Positions 1 through 11,700 of a stretch of 64,000 nt of DNA are shown piece after piece. The notes under the pieces were generated by a model. The model made no database searches. It was not told the origin of the DNA and worked only from the letters and a program-made list of their open reading frames with translations. Source of the DNA: Verrucomicrobiota bacterium (lineage in GTDB: Bacteria; Verrucomicrobiota; Verrucomicrobiia; Palsa-1439); contig JBAXYB010000001.1 in the NCBI GenBank assembly GCA_037127585.1, positions 9,147-73,146 on the forward strand. The letters run 5' to 3'. Positions within the stretch are counted from its first letter, which is position 1. The number at the start of each line of letters is the position of its first letter. The position numbers were made by a program, and so were the translations under genes.

Positions 1-2
1 CC

Positions 3-1223
3 GAGGCTTGCACCACGGTTATCGAACCCGGCCATGCTACCGCATTGTTGGATGAGCGGGCAGCGGTGATCAACGCCCTGGACCATCCGATCGCGGCGAA
101 GCCGCTGAAGACATGGATCAAACCGGGGGCCAAGGTCTGTATTACCTTCAGTGATATGACCCGGGCCACCCCGAACGAGCGCATCATCCCGTGGGTGCTG
201 GCCCATCTGTCGCACATCCCCCGGAACGACATCATCCTTGTCAATCAACTGGGAACCCATCGCCCCAACACCCGTGCCGAGCTTCAACGAATGCTCACAC
301 CCGAAGTTGTGGCCAATTACACTGTCGTCAATCACGAGCCTGAGAACCCGGATGAACTCGTCCAGGTTGGAACGACGCGCGATGGAACCCCGGCCCTGCT
401 CAACCGACATGTGGTCGGCGCTGATGTGCGGATCATCACTGGATTCATCGAGCCGCATTTCTTCGCCGGGTTCAGCGGCGGTCCGAAAGGGATCATGCCC
501 GGCACGGCCGGCCTTCAAACGGTAATGAGCAACCACGGCGCCAGAAACATCGGCAGCCCGCAGGCCACCTTCGGGATCACCCAAGGCAACCCGCTTTGGG
601 AGGAACTCCGTGATATCGCATTGCGGGCGGGCCCGAGCTTTGTTCTCAATGTTACCCTCGACGTCCAACGCCGCATTACCGGGGTGTTCGCCGGCGACTT
701 GATTCTGGCGCATCGGGAGGGGTGCGCGTTTGTCCGGCAGACGGCCATGCAGCGGGTGGACGCGCCATTCGACATCGTGATTACGACGAACAGCGGCTAT
801 CCGCTGGATCTGAATCTTTACCAGAGCGTTAAAGGGTTGAGCGCCGGTGCGCGCATCGTGAAACCGGGCGGGCTGCTGATTGTGGCCGCCGAATGCCGCG
901 AAGGCGTGCCCGCCGGCAGCCCGTATGACACCCTGTTGCGCAGTGTCTCCGGTCTGGAGGAATTGCTGGCCAAGATCGAGTCGCCGGGCTTTCGCTATGC
1001 CGAACAGTGGCAGACGCAGATCCTGGCGGTGATCCAACGCCAGGTGGAGGTGCAGGTCTATAGTTCATTGCCGGACGAAACGCTCCGGAACGTTCATCTC
1101 ACAGCCTGCCACGATATTGCGGCGGCTGTCGGGCAGCGTCTGGCAGCGCTGGGTCCCGATGCGCGCATTGCCGTGCTGCCGCAAGGCCCGCTAACCATTC
1201 CGTATCTTGCCGGGAAATCGTAG
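3..1223 (+). CDS. larA: Nickel-pincer-dependent lactate racemase family protein (LarA homolog), 5'-truncated by the window edge
   Basis: Motifs SDMTRATPN, GTHRPN, GFIEPHFFAGFSGGPKGIMPG and GYPLDLNLYQSVKG; the frame is open back to the window start. Confidence 0.88.
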   Translation, partial: EACTTVIEPGHATALLDERAAVINALDHPIAAKPLKTWIKPGAKVCITFSDMTRATPNERIIPWVLAHLSHIPRNDIILVNQLGTHRPNTRAELQRMLTPEVVANYTVVNHEPENPDELVQVGTTRDGTPALLNRHVVGADVRIITGFIEPHFFAGFSGGPKGIMPGTAGLQTVMSNHGARNIGSPQATFGITQGNPLWEELRDIALRAGPSFVLNVTLDVQRRITGVFAGDLILAHREGCAFVRQTAMQRVDAPFDIVITTNSGYPLDLNLYQSVKGLSAGARIVKPGGLLIVAAECREGVPAGSPYDTLLRSVSGLEELLAKIESPGFRYAEQWQTQILAVIQRQVEVQVYSSLPDETLRNVHLTACHDIAAAVGQRLAALGPDARIAVLPQGPLTIPYLAGKS

Positions 1224-1225
1224 TT

Positions 1226-1720
1226 ATGGACGGGGCATTGACGATGCAGATCTTCAAGCACATCACCGGCGATCCGGTGCTATTTGCCGATGTGCGGCAT
1301 TACGAGAAGGAAGACGACGTCTGGTACTTCTCCAACTCCGACACCCACGCCACCTATTTCGCCGGCAAGTCCAAGAAACCGGCCGAGAACCTCAAGCCCG
1401 TCACCTTCTACCCCGAGAGCAGCTACTACCCGGCCGGTGGCGCCAGCGTGCATCACTTCGCCGCGCCCGGTCCGGTGACGCTGGCGCGGTTGGCGCGCAA
1501 GAACGGCCGGTATTGGCTGGCCATCGTGCCGGCGGAATTCGTCGAGTTCCCCCGTGAGGTGGCTCTGAAGAAAGGCGCGACGGTTACACCGGAGTGGCCC
1601 ATTGCGTTCGCGAAGCTGCAATGCCTGGCTGAGAAGTTTCTGGCGACCTTCCCCTGCAACCACATCCACGGCTGCTACGGCGATTGGGTCAACGAACTCC
1701 TTCAAGTTGCTGGGGATTGA
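1226..1720 (+). pseudogene. C-terminal fragment of an L-fucose/L-arabinose isomerase family protein
   Basis: Begins at an internal-looking motif (MDGALTMQ...PVLFADVRH) and contains PGPVTLARL, WPIAF and CNHIHGCYGD; N-terminal domains are absent. Confidence 0.7.
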
Positions 1721-1797
1721 AGCGAAGCTAATGTGAAACAAAGGCTGGACACCGGAAAAGTTCTCTGCGATATAATCTGCAAACCCGTTATTGAAAA

Positions 1798-4308
1798 ATG
1801 AACACTCGAATTGTTGATCTATCCAAGTATTTGAACTGGTCGGATCGTGGACGAAAAGATTCATACAGCGAACAGGTGCGCCGGCGGGTGGGCTGGTATC
1901 CTGTGGGACGACAGACGGCTTGGGGCATCCCTTTTGCTCTTGCCGGCAAGCGTGGCCGACGTCTGCTCTCTGTGGCCAAGGACGAAAGCGAGATCACTGT
2001 TCCGCTGCAAGGAACGGCCACCTACCTTTGCTTTCTGCATGAATGGATTCAGTCAATAGAGTCCGCGCGGCCACAGGACCCGCACGAAGGCCTGGTCGTG
2101 GGTGAATACGAACTGCAATACCGGGACGGGACCCGGCATGTCCAATTGATCCGTGCGCGGTTTGAAGTCGGTATCCATGAAGCCGAAAGCCCGGGGCCCT
2201 CGTGGCTGGCCGTGCCTTGGGACATGTGGCAGTCTGGGGATGAGACCGTCGCACCGGAGAATCTCCAGCATTTTGAAATCAGGGGTGGGCTGCGGAACCG
2301 CAATCCCAACGGGCCGCTACTCTATGCCATGCCCAACCCGCACCCTGGAAAGCCGCTGCAGTCGCTCACCCTTCGCGGGCTGAGCGAATCCTATTTGCTG
2401 GTGGCAGCGCTGACGCTTTACCGGGGGACGGCCCATCCGTTGACCCATTTGCCGCGTCGGGCGTACCGGGTGAAAGTCGCCGGCGCTCCGGCCCAAGTGA
2501 TTCAGGCCGAGGCGGATCTCGGTGTGGTGGCACGGATCGAGACCGCCAATGCGCCGCGCACCAAAGAATGGCTGAACAAGCCCGGCGTCAGCGAGCCGAT
2601 GGATGGAGGCGAAAAAATACTGCACCTGACGGGCGCGGCGGATGCCACAGTCACCGTGGGGCTGGAGCAGGACGGCAAGGTGAGAACGCACGCTTTCAAT
2701 CTGGGCGAGGCCTTCCGCGAGGGGCGCAGTGTTTCAGGGACGGCCAGTCTCGAAATCCTCGATCAACAGCGACAATGGATGCAGGTGCGCGTGATCGACT
2801 CCTCCACCGGGAAACCCACGCCGGTGCGGATTCACATTTCAGGTCCGCGTGGCAACTACATTGCCCCTTACGGCCATCATGATGAAATCAGGCACAACAG
2901 TTACGGCGCTGATATCCTCACCGGCGGGCGCGGTCATGCCTATGTCAATGGCGATTTCACAACGGACCTGCCGGTGGGCGATCTCTATGTGGAGGTCAGC
3001 AAAGGTTTCGAGTATGAGCCGAAACGCTGCAAGGTCACCATCCGTCCCGGGCAAAAGGAGCTCGACCTGCGCATTGATCGCTGGACCAATCTGCGGAAAC
3101 AAGGCTGGGTCACGGCGGACACCCACGTGCATTACCTCAGCCCGCACACGGCGTGGCTGGAGGGACAGGCCGAGGGGATCAACGTCATCAACCTGCTGGC
3201 CTCGCAGTGGGGCCGGATGTTTTCCAATGTCGGCGATCTCACCGGCCGGCCCGGCGTGGTGGAAAATGACACGATCGTTTTCGTCGGCACGGAAAACCGC
3301 AATCACATGCTGGGCCACATGTCGATGCTGGGCACGAAGGGGCCGCAGCCGGTCTATCCCATGTGTGGCGGTGGGCCGGCCGAGGCGTGGCTGGGCGACC
3401 CCGACGTGCGGCTGCTCGCGGACTGGGCGCGGGAGAATCGCGCCAAAGGCGGCGTGGTCATCCGTCCGCATTTCCCGGAATGTGGACACACGGAAGATCC
3501 TCTGCCGATCCTGCAGGGATTGGTGGATGCCGTCGAACTCCCCATCCAATGGGAGTTTCCGTATCAGGAGTGGTACCGGTATCTCAACTGCGGCTATCGC
3601 CTGGCCGTGTGCGGCGGGACCGACAAGATGGGACCGCAGACGGCACTGGGCTGGCAGCGGACCTACGCCCGGTTGGATCCCAACCGGCCCTTCACCTACG
3701 ATGCCTGGGCCGCCGCAGTAAAAAAAGGTCGGACCTTCTCCAGCAACGGCCCGCTCATCGACATGACCGTCGATGGCCAGAACGTCGGCGAGGCGATTGC
3801 CATGACGGCCCGTGGCGGCTCCGTCGAGGTGCGGGCTTGGGCGGAAGGCTTCGTGCCGCTCTGCGCCCTGGAGATCTTGTCCAACGGCAAAGTCATCGCG
3901 CAGACCACCAGCCGCCGCGGCCAGCGGCGGCTCGAACTCAAAGAGCGCGTGCCGATCACCGGCAGCGGCTGGCTCGCCGCGCGTTGCCGCGGACAACGCA
4001 AGCCGCCGCAATCCTGGCAATTCGTCTTCCCTGTGGCCCACACTTCACCGGTTTACATCACCTGCGGCGATCGGCGGGCGTTTGATGGTCCGGCGATGGA
4101 GCATATGCTGGCGTTGGTTTCCGGTGGAATCGAGTACATGCAGACCATCGCCACCTGCTTCGATGAGGCAACCCGCAAGCGCATGGTCAAACAGCTGCAG
4201 GAAGCGCAAAATGATTTGAAATGCCGCCTCGTTGTGGAAGGCGGTCATACGCACCATCACGGGGACGGCGTTTATCACACCCATGGGCACGGCGGGCTGA
4301 ATCTATAA
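1798..4308 (+). CDS. CehA/McbA-family (PHP-domain) metallohydrolase with a His-rich C-terminal tail
   Basis: GWVTADTHVHY, GTENRNHMLGH, WYRYLNCGYRLAVCGGTD, GRTFSSNGP, AHTSPVY; ends HTHHHGDGVYHTHGHGG. Confidence 0.8.
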   Translation: MNTRIVDLSKYLNWSDRGRKDSYSEQVRRRVGWYPVGRQTAWGIPFALAGKRGRRLLSVAKDESEITVPLQGTATYLCFLHEWIQSIESARPQDPHEGLVVGEYELQYRDGTRHVQLIRARFEVGIHEAESPGPSWLAVPWDMWQSGDETVAPENLQHFEIRGGLRNRNPNGPLLYAMPNPHPGKPLQSLTLRGLSESYLLVAALTLYRGTAHPLTHLPRRAYRVKVAGAPAQVIQAEADLGVVARIETANAPRTKEWLNKPGVSEPMDGGEKILHLTGAADATVTVGLEQDGKVRTHAFNLGEAFREGRSVSGTASLEILDQQRQWMQVRVIDSSTGKPTPVRIHISGPRGNYIAPYGHHDEIRHNSYGADILTGGRGHAYVNGDFTTDLPVGDLYVEVSKGFEYEPKRCKVTIRPGQKELDLRIDRWTNLRKQGWVTADTHVHYLSPHTAWLEGQAEGINVINLLASQWGRMFSNVGDLTGRPGVVENDTIVFVGTENRNHMLGHMSMLGTKGPQPVYPMCGGGPAEAWLGDPDVRLLADWARENRAKGGVVIRPHFPECGHTEDPLPILQGLVDAVELPIQWEFPYQEWYRYLNCGYRLAVCGGTDKMGPQTALGWQRTYARLDPNRPFTYDAWAAAVKKGRTFSSNGPLIDMTVDGQNVGEAIAMTARGGSVEVRAWAEGFVPLCALEILSNGKVIAQTTSRRGQRRLELKERVPITGSGWLAARCRGQRKPPQSWQFVFPVAHTSPVYITCGDRRAFDGPAMEHMLALVSGGIEYMQTIATCFDEATRKRMVKQLQEAQNDLKCRLVVEGGHTHHHGDGVYHTHGHGGLNL

Positions 4309-4413
4309 TAATGTAACTTGCCGCTTGGGAACCGGAGCCGATTCACTGGGAACGCTCGACCGAGATTGGGAAACGAACATCCCATGGTGGGCATTCAAAA
4401 TTCGAGTTGGGCC

Positions 4414-5192
4414 ATGAGAAAACTTCTTCAGTGGAACGGGGTGGTCTTGTGGTTAAGCTTGGCGAGTGTGGCGCAGGCGAACCTGAAGATTTATTATCTG
4501 CGTCACGCCGAAGCCGGTCACAATGTGGTCGCGAAATTTGTCGCAAGCGGGATCCCGACGAATGAGTGGCCGGTTTGGGTCGGCCACACCGACATGTTCA
4601 CGCCGGAGGGCGAAGCGCAGGTGCGCGGCGTGACCACCAATCTGCTGGCGTACAAGTTCGATTTCATCGCCGTCAGTCCGACGTGGCGGACCCGGCAAAC
4701 GATCTTCCCATACTTGCAGGCCACCGGGCGCACGGCGGAGATCTGACCGGAACTGACGGAAGTCAGCGGCGGCAAAAGCAATGATTGGTTCAACGCGGCG
4801 TCGGTCACGCCGGAGTTGGTGACCGGCCAGGTCCCCCTCTGCGGGTGCTGCGAGAGGAACGAAGGTGCTTCAAGCTTCGGTCGGATCGAACAGGCGGTTG
4901 CGAGTTGGCGGCGACCAATGCGGCGCAGGTGGCCGGCTTGGCAAAAAAGACTTTGGATTTGCTGTGCGCCCGTTTCGGCCGGCGGGACGCGACGGTGTTG
5001 CTGGTCGGGCACGGCGCTGCCGGGGTGGCGCTGATTCGCTATCTGACCCGTCAGCCGGCGTGGTTCGAGACCTGGCCAGATAACGCCGCGCTCTGGATGG
5101 CGACCGAGAAACCGGATGGGGCATTTGAGTTGCGAGTGCTGAACGGGGCGCCGTATCCCACTACTCAACCCTGTGGAGGAGACAAACGATAG
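4414..5192 (+). pseudogene. Secreted histidine phosphatase family protein, disrupted; paralog of 40921-41670
   Basis: YYLRHAEAGHN and LLVGHG motifs; in-frame TGA at 4744 where the paralog has TGG (Trp), plus a frameshift near 4830. Confidence 0.8.
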
Positions 5193-5388
5193 CGGGCACC
5201 CGTTGTCGCAACATAGATCATCGCCCGCTCGCCGTTCGGTTCGGATGGCGGGAACGTCATCGACTTCGGGGGGCATGACGGCAACGCCATCCCTGCCCAC
5301 AACATGGCATGGATCTTCAGTACGTCTTTGGAGAACGCCTTGCAGAGAGAGCAGCCCGACCCAGGGTGCGCGATGAAGAATGGCAGTC

Positions 5389-6909
5389 TTATCGGTCAGA
5401 TGAGTTTCTGGTTGTGCCGGGAACAGCCATCTTGGCCGCCGCTTCCGCCCGGCGTTTTTCCAGACGGGCGCGCACATCATTCATGAATTCCTCGGTAACC
5501 GGGATTTTGAACGCAATGAAAAATGTCACCCCGGTGGTGATGATCAGCGGAGTGAATGCCCACCACAGCATTCTCGTGAGCACTGCCGGCGATTGTTGTG
5601 GCAGGTCGGCGTCGAAGCCGATGAGTGAAAGCACCCACATGCTGACCAGCATGGCGATCGAAGTCTCCCACTTGCTGATACAGGACTGCACCGACGCGAA
5701 CAGCCCCTCCCGGCGTTCCCCCGAAGACAATTCATCGATATCGCAGATGTCAGGCATAATGGATGATCCAAACATGCCCGCAAGCATGTTTGGAAACATA
5801 AAGGCGAAGCCGGTGAAGACCAGCAGATAGATTCGGCCGGGAATCGTGATGAACGGGAGCAGGATGGCATACAGAAAACTGATGCCGGAGCAGAGGACGA
5901 TCCCCCACCGTTTGCCAATGTGCCGGGTCAGAGGTTTGGCCAGGGGCCACATCGTGAAGGCGCCCACGGCACCGAGGATGCCCCCCAGACCCTGTTGCGC
6001 CGCCAGGAACAACGACTTGTTTCCACCACAGACGTAGTAGATACCGATGTAGCCGGCAAAGGCACTGTACAACCCCAGGCCCCGGATGATTTGCATCAAC
6101 AAGATCAGAGCAAATGGGCGGCATTTCAGGGTGGTGAGGCAGGCCTGCCAAAGGCTGACGTGCGTGCGGTTGGCGTTGACAAAACGTTCGCGACAGAAGA
6201 AGACCGGGATGAAACCGCAAATCAGAATCATGACCGCCGAAAAAACCGAAAGGATGCGAATCCCATTGATCTCGCCACCCACCGACGGTATCGCCAGCGT
6301 CCATTCCCACCCGGCAAACTTCAAAGGCCAATGGATCCCATTGCCCAACTGAACGGCGGTCCAGTAGTAATAACCGCCACCAATGGACATGATCGCGGCG
6401 TAAACACCGAGAATGGCAAACACCCGGGAACGGTCATTGTAGTCGTCTGACAATTCATAGCCTAACGCCTGATGCGCCATGGTGTAAGTGCCCCACGTGG
6501 AGAATAACAGGGTCGCGCCGACCGTCAGCCATGCGCACTGCATCCACTGGGGCCAGGCGGTCGATGGCATCCAGATGGCCACCACCAGAAAGGCTCCGAG
6601 GATGGTCGTCATAAAGAGGAACGGACGTCGGCGCCCCCATTTAGTATGGGTAATGTCCGACAGGTGTCCGAGAATGGGATCAATCAAACCGTCGACGAGC
6701 CGGGGGAAAAACAGGGCGATACCAACCAGTCGCGGATCCAGTTTGAAGCCCGTGGTGTAGACGAGCATGATGGTCGCGAACTGGGTGTACATCCAGTAGT
6801 TCGCGCCGGCCCCCATGGCCCACTTGTGCATGTCCCAGGAACTGGCGGAATACGACTTTGGCGCCGGGGGCACCCCGGAATCGGTTGTGATCGTCGGTGT
6901 GTGGCTCAT
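5389..6909 (-). CDS. MFS glycoside-pentoside-hexuronide (GPH) sugar transporter
   Basis: DGLIDPILGHLSD..TKWGRRRPF, ELSDDYNDRSR, DICDIDELSSGERREGLF; multiple hydrophobic segments. Confidence 0.9.
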   Translation of the reverse strand: MSHTPTITTDSGVPPAPKSYSASSWDMHKWAMGAGANYWMYTQFATIMLVYTTGFKLDPRLVGIALFFPRLVDGLIDPILGHLSDITHTKWGRRRPFLFMTTILGAFLVVAIWMPSTAWPQWMQCAWLTVGATLLFSTWGTYTMAHQALGYELSDDYNDRSRVFAILGVYAAIMSIGGGYYYWTAVQLGNGIHWPLKFAGWEWTLAIPSVGGEINGIRILSVFSAVMILICGFIPVFFCRERFVNANRTHVSLWQACLTTLKCRPFALILLMQIIRGLGLYSAFAGYIGIYYVCGGNKSLFLAAQQGLGGILGAVGAFTMWPLAKPLTRHIGKRWGIVLCSGISFLYAILLPFITIPGRIYLLVFTGFAFMFPNMLAGMFGSSIMPDICDIDELSSGERREGLFASVQSCISKWETSIAMLVSMWVLSLIGFDADLPQQSPAVLTRMLWWAFTPLIITTGVTFFIAFKIPVTEEFMNDVRARLEKRRAEAAAKMAVPGTTRNSSDR

Positions 6910-7158
6910 CAGTTTCCCCGGTTGGGACACTTTCGGCCCGCGGGCGTGCAGGACGACCACCGACTCGGCCAGGCTGATGATGACGCACGGTTTCCTCGCG
7001 AATGGCGAGAAAAGCTCCCCCAGGCAAGATTTTCGCAGGGAAGCTCTTCACTGCCGAGAGGTCGGGCTATGCAACGACGACGCACAGTGTTTTTCACTAC
7101 ACGCGGAGTCCAAGGCGCGTCAAACACATATTCTGGTCAGTGTTGAATTTTTTCCTTG

Positions 7159-7188
7159 CTGATGTCGTCAAACGTTTGATATCATCAG
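7159..7188. promoter_or_regulatory. LacI-type operator palindrome between divergent genes
   Basis: CTGATG-tcg-TCAAACGTTTGA-tat-CATCAG, with a perfect 12-bp core at 7168-7179. Confidence 0.65.
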
Positions 7189-7280
7189 TCAAATAGAACC
7201 CACCATTCTGGTGATGATTCGCAGAGGGAAGAAGTCTGGAAATGTCGAGGAAACTTTTTCGAGGAAAGAAAGGAACCACC

Positions 7281-8576
7281 ATGAAACGCATCCGTGCCGT
7301 CACTGCCTTGCTCCTGCAGCCTTTATTTTGTCTGACGCTAGTCGCGGCCCCCTTGGTCGCCGCTGAGGAGAACAAGGCCCCGACCTCGCTGAACGCCGGC
7401 GCCGCCGGCAATCCCTACCAGCGCTGGAGCCGGGGTCCCAGCCGGGCCAAGGATTTCTTTCCCATCACGGTCTGGGGAGGGCGGCCGGAAAACGCCGCCC
7501 GCTTCAAGGCGGCCGGTATCAATATGATTGTCGACCTGTATGCCGGGCCGACTGAAAAACAACTGGAGATCATTCGCAAGGCTGGTATGCCGGTGATCTG
7601 CAAGATGAACGAAGTCGGATTGAAAAACATCGATGAACCGCTCATTGTCGGCTGGTTGCATGACGACGAGCCGGATATGCCGAAGAAGTTCAAACAATTC
7701 TGGGGCGGGGATGAGGAACGCCTCAAGGCGGCCTGGCCGGATGTCTACAAACCTGCAAGCAACAAGGACGGCTATCCCATTCCCCCGTCGTTCATCATCC
7801 GCGATTACGAGGCGATCAAAGCCAAGGATCCCACGCGCCCGGTGTTGGTCTGCTTGACCTGTGGCGTTGTCTATACCAACTGGGTTGGTCGCGGCATCCG
7901 CCGCAGAAAAGTGGAGGATTATCCCGAGTACATCAAGGGTTGTGACATTGCCCATTTCGACATCTACCCCTTCAACTCGCCTTCCAATGAACCGGAGGTC
8001 TATTGCAAACCTTGGATGACGGCCGACGGAGTGACCCGCATGCGCGAGTATACCAAGGACAAAAAGGTCATCTGGAATGCCATGGAATGCACGACGATGC
8101 ACCTCTCCGCAAACAATGATTACAAGCTCCGGCCGCGCGATGTGCGGGCCGAGGTTTGGATGAGCCTGATCCGCGGCAGCATGGGCATCGACTATTTTAT
8201 CGCCATATTCAAACCCGTCAATTATCAGGGCCTGCTTAGTGACTCCGAGATGCTTGACGGTGTGACCACCATCAATAAGCAGGTCCACGACCGGGCCACC
8301 TGGCTGAACACCCCGAACTCGGCCACGCCGGCGACGGTGACCAGCTCCAACGCGGAAGTCCCGGTGGAGTCGATGACCAAGGCAGACGGTGCGGTGGTGA
8401 ATGTGTACGCGGTGGCGATGCGCAAGGGCGACACCCAGGCAACGTTTACCGTGCCGGGCAAGACGACCGGGACCGTGACGGTGCTCTTCGAGGACCGGAC
8501 CATTCCCCTGAAAGCCGGCCGTTTCGAAGACGCTTTCAGCGACTGGGACGTCCACCTCTATGAGATCCGTCCGTAA
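7281..8576 (+). CDS. Secreted putative glycoside hydrolase-like (TIM-barrel) protein
   Basis: Signal peptide; GWLHDDEPD, DIAHFDIYP, VRAEVWMSLIRGSMGIDYF; beta-rich C-terminus. Confidence 0.55.
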   Translation: MKRIRAVTALLLQPLFCLTLVAAPLVAAEENKAPTSLNAGAAGNPYQRWSRGPSRAKDFFPITVWGGRPENAARFKAAGINMIVDLYAGPTEKQLEIIRKAGMPVICKMNEVGLKNIDEPLIVGWLHDDEPDMPKKFKQFWGGDEERLKAAWPDVYKPASNKDGYPIPPSFIIRDYEAIKAKDPTRPVLVCLTCGVVYTNWVGRGIRRRKVEDYPEYIKGCDIAHFDIYPFNSPSNEPEVYCKPWMTADGVTRMREYTKDKKVIWNAMECTTMHLSANNDYKLRPRDVRAEVWMSLIRGSMGIDYFIAIFKPVNYQGLLSDSEMLDGVTTINKQVHDRATWLNTPNSATPATVTSSNAEVPVESMTKADGAVVNVYAVAMRKGDTQATFTVPGKTTGTVTVLFEDRTIPLKAGRFEDAFSDWDVHLYEIRP

Positions 8577-8773
8577 TCGAGTATGGCGACCGAGACCACC
8601 CCACTCGAAGCACTTCAGGCGACAACGCCTGAACTGGAGGTGTATTACGCCAACCGACCGCGGGCCTGGCGAGAATCAAATCAACTGACTGCGATGGCCG
8701 ACGGAGTCAATGTCATTGTGGCTGCTTTGGTTGTCGGGACCGACACCCAATGAGCCATCGACCAGCGGGATGA

Positions 8774-11700
8774 ATGCATAGCGGCAGCAATCTAAAGAAA
8801 GAAGGGATGATCACGATGTCACCAAACGCTTGTTTTGTCTTGCGGATGCCACTGGCTAGAGCGTGGCGCTGGCTGTTGATGCTGGGGATCGCGCTGGTTG
8901 TCGCGAAGACTCCGGTCTGGGGCGGCGGCGGGCCGTGCGGGTATCTGGTGGTGTACGACCCGACGGACACCAACTCGATAGCGGTGGCGAATTACTACCA
9001 GCAGGTGCGCCACGTTCCCGAAGCCAACATGGTCCCGTACGTTTTTCCGAATACCGGTTTTTCTGATCGCCGAATCATGTCCACTGATGGGAGTTGGGCG
9101 TTCATCAGTACGTTAACGTCCATCGTCAATCAACGAGGAATGACCGGCCATTTCAATGGCATTGCCATGGCCGGAATATCGCCTGTGTGTGCGGGTGTAT
9201 CAATGCACTCGATCCTGTTTGCATCGCCGAACTACGCCAGCACAAATTATCTTTCTTTGCCCGGTTTCTATAATGGGGCGTTTCGGCCCAACGGCGCCAC
9301 CACCGAACTGCGCTCGGACTTGGTGCTGACGAATACGCGTTCGCCCTACTGGAGCAGTGGCTCGTATTCCGGTCAATACTGGGCCGTCTCATATGTCGGG
9401 TACACCGGCGCCGGCGGCAATTCGCCGCAGGATGTGTTCAATCTGTTGCAGCGGTCGAAGGCGGCGGATGGACATGGTCAAGGCGGGACAATCTATTGCC
9501 CGTACAGCGGCGATTCCGTGCGCTATCGGATCCGGGGCGGGACGTGGAGTGGCGTTGGGTCCGTGGTGGGCGAGATTGCCAAGGATGCCATTCCAGTCTG
9601 GAATTCGAATGGGATTGCGTATGTGCAATCGGCTCAACCCGACGCTTTTTGGATACAAAATGGCAGTATGACCAATGTCAGCGACAATGCCGGTGAGATT
9701 GTCGGGTACTCGCAAGTCGAATGGGGAAACAATAACAACACGTATTTACCCGGTGCCTTTGCCGATCATGCGACCAGCTATGCCGGCCAGATTGATTGGT
9801 GGCAAACGGGTAATCAAGGCACTTGCGCGCAGGAGATCCATAAAGGCCTCTATGGGAGCGCGGGCACGATTAATGAGCCGTATGCTCTGGCGGCGAAATT
9901 CCCCCATCCGAATCTTCACACGCATTTCCGCAACGGCGCGTCGCTGGCCGAGGCCGCTTGGGAGTCCATCCAGTATGCTGCGGAGATTGTTTTTGTGGGC
10001 GATCCCTTGCTGCAGCCGTATGCCACCTTCCCAACGGTCGCGGTGACCAGTCCGGCCGCCGATGGCACAACGGTGTCGAGCAATTTGGTCATCTCCGCCA
10101 ACGCCACCGTCGGTGCCGTCACCAGCCCCACCACCATGATACCGACCGGTGTGGAGTCCAATCTGGACGTGGCCGTGGACGGTCATGTCGTCAACATCGG
10201 CCAGGGGGGCGAGACCATTGCGGTAACCCGCACCAATGGGGGGACGGGATTCATCCTGGACACCACGACGCTCGCCGACGGCTGGCATGAGTTGCGCGTC
10301 ATTGCTTACAACCGCAACGCGGTGCGCACCCAGGGCGAAGCGACCCGCACCATTTTCGTCAATAACCATGGCCAAAGCGTGGCACTGAGCGGGCCGGCCA
10401 GCGTGGATTACGCCGGCGGTACCGCCGGCTTCACCGCCACACCGGCGGGGCCCGGCACCGTGACCAACTTGACGCTGCAAGTCAATGGCCGGACCTTGGC
10501 GAGCCTGCCGGTTAGCGGCGGCACAACCAATCTACCGGCGGCCATGTTTGGGTATCAAGGCACGACAACCGTGTATGCCGTTTCCTGGTTGAACAACGGC
10601 CAACAGGTTTGGAGCGCGCCCTGGAGTCTCAACGTGGCTTGGACGCCGAATGCACCGGCCAGCGTGACCCTGACCTCCAATCGAACCGCGACCGTGAAAT
10701 ACTTTGCCAATACGCAAACGAATACTTTTTCCTGGGCGAACCCGCCGACGGCGACGACAACCCTGACTAACAATCTGATCTTTAACACCAACAATCTGGC
10801 GGCGGTGCTTCCGACGGACTACTCGACACTGCCGGGCTATCAAGTGGACACGTATTACTGGGCGGCCACGACGAACCTGTACGAATTTGCCCTCGGTGAT
10901 GCGAATAATGCCTATACGCACACTTTGGGCAATATCACGATGTTGGTGGATGGACAACCTGTGGGCATCATCGCGGGAACGACGGTGCCCGTCCGGCTGG
11001 CCACCGGTGCGCATACGCTGACGATGCGGTTTGCGGTGCTGACGAATTCGTTCTTCGGGCGGGTTTATGTGCGGGATATCGCTGAACAGCAGGTGGGCGG
11101 GAGCACCGTCTCCCAACTGTATGCCATCGTACCGCAAACCTGTCTCTTTACGGCCACCAATGCCACACCGCCGGCGATCACGGCGGGAACGGCCAGCCGG
11201 TTGAGCACCAACCAGGTCAGTCTTTCCGTGACGGCCACCACCGGGAACCCGGGGCCGCTGACGTACACCTGGACGAAAGCCGACGGACCGGTTGAGGGTG
11301 TTGTCGCGTTTGCACAAAACGGCACCGCCGCTGCCTTCACCAACACGGCAACGTTCGGGATGGCGGGCACCTACTTGTTACAAGTCGCCGTGAATGACGG
11401 CACGGCTGTGACGTTCGACCAGTTTTCAGTGAAAGTGACGACCAATCAACCGCCTTCCATCAGCAGCGCCTTAAGCGCGACCGGCTTGGTGAATCTGGCT
11501 TTCAGCTACACGATCACGGCCAGTAACAGCCCCACCCGCTTCGATGCTGTCGGACTGCCGTCGGGCTTGAGTGTCAACACCAACAACGGCGTCATCGCCG
11601 GTATTCCTGTTGCCGCCGGGACGAACAATGTCACCATCAGCGCCACCAGTGATGACGGCACGGACAGCAAGACCTTGGTGCTAATCATCAATCCGGCCGT

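Noticed and set aside
5240-5410. Possible carboxylesterase type-B scrap (HGMDLQYVFG)
   Set aside because: Only one short motif in broken frames; too weak to call
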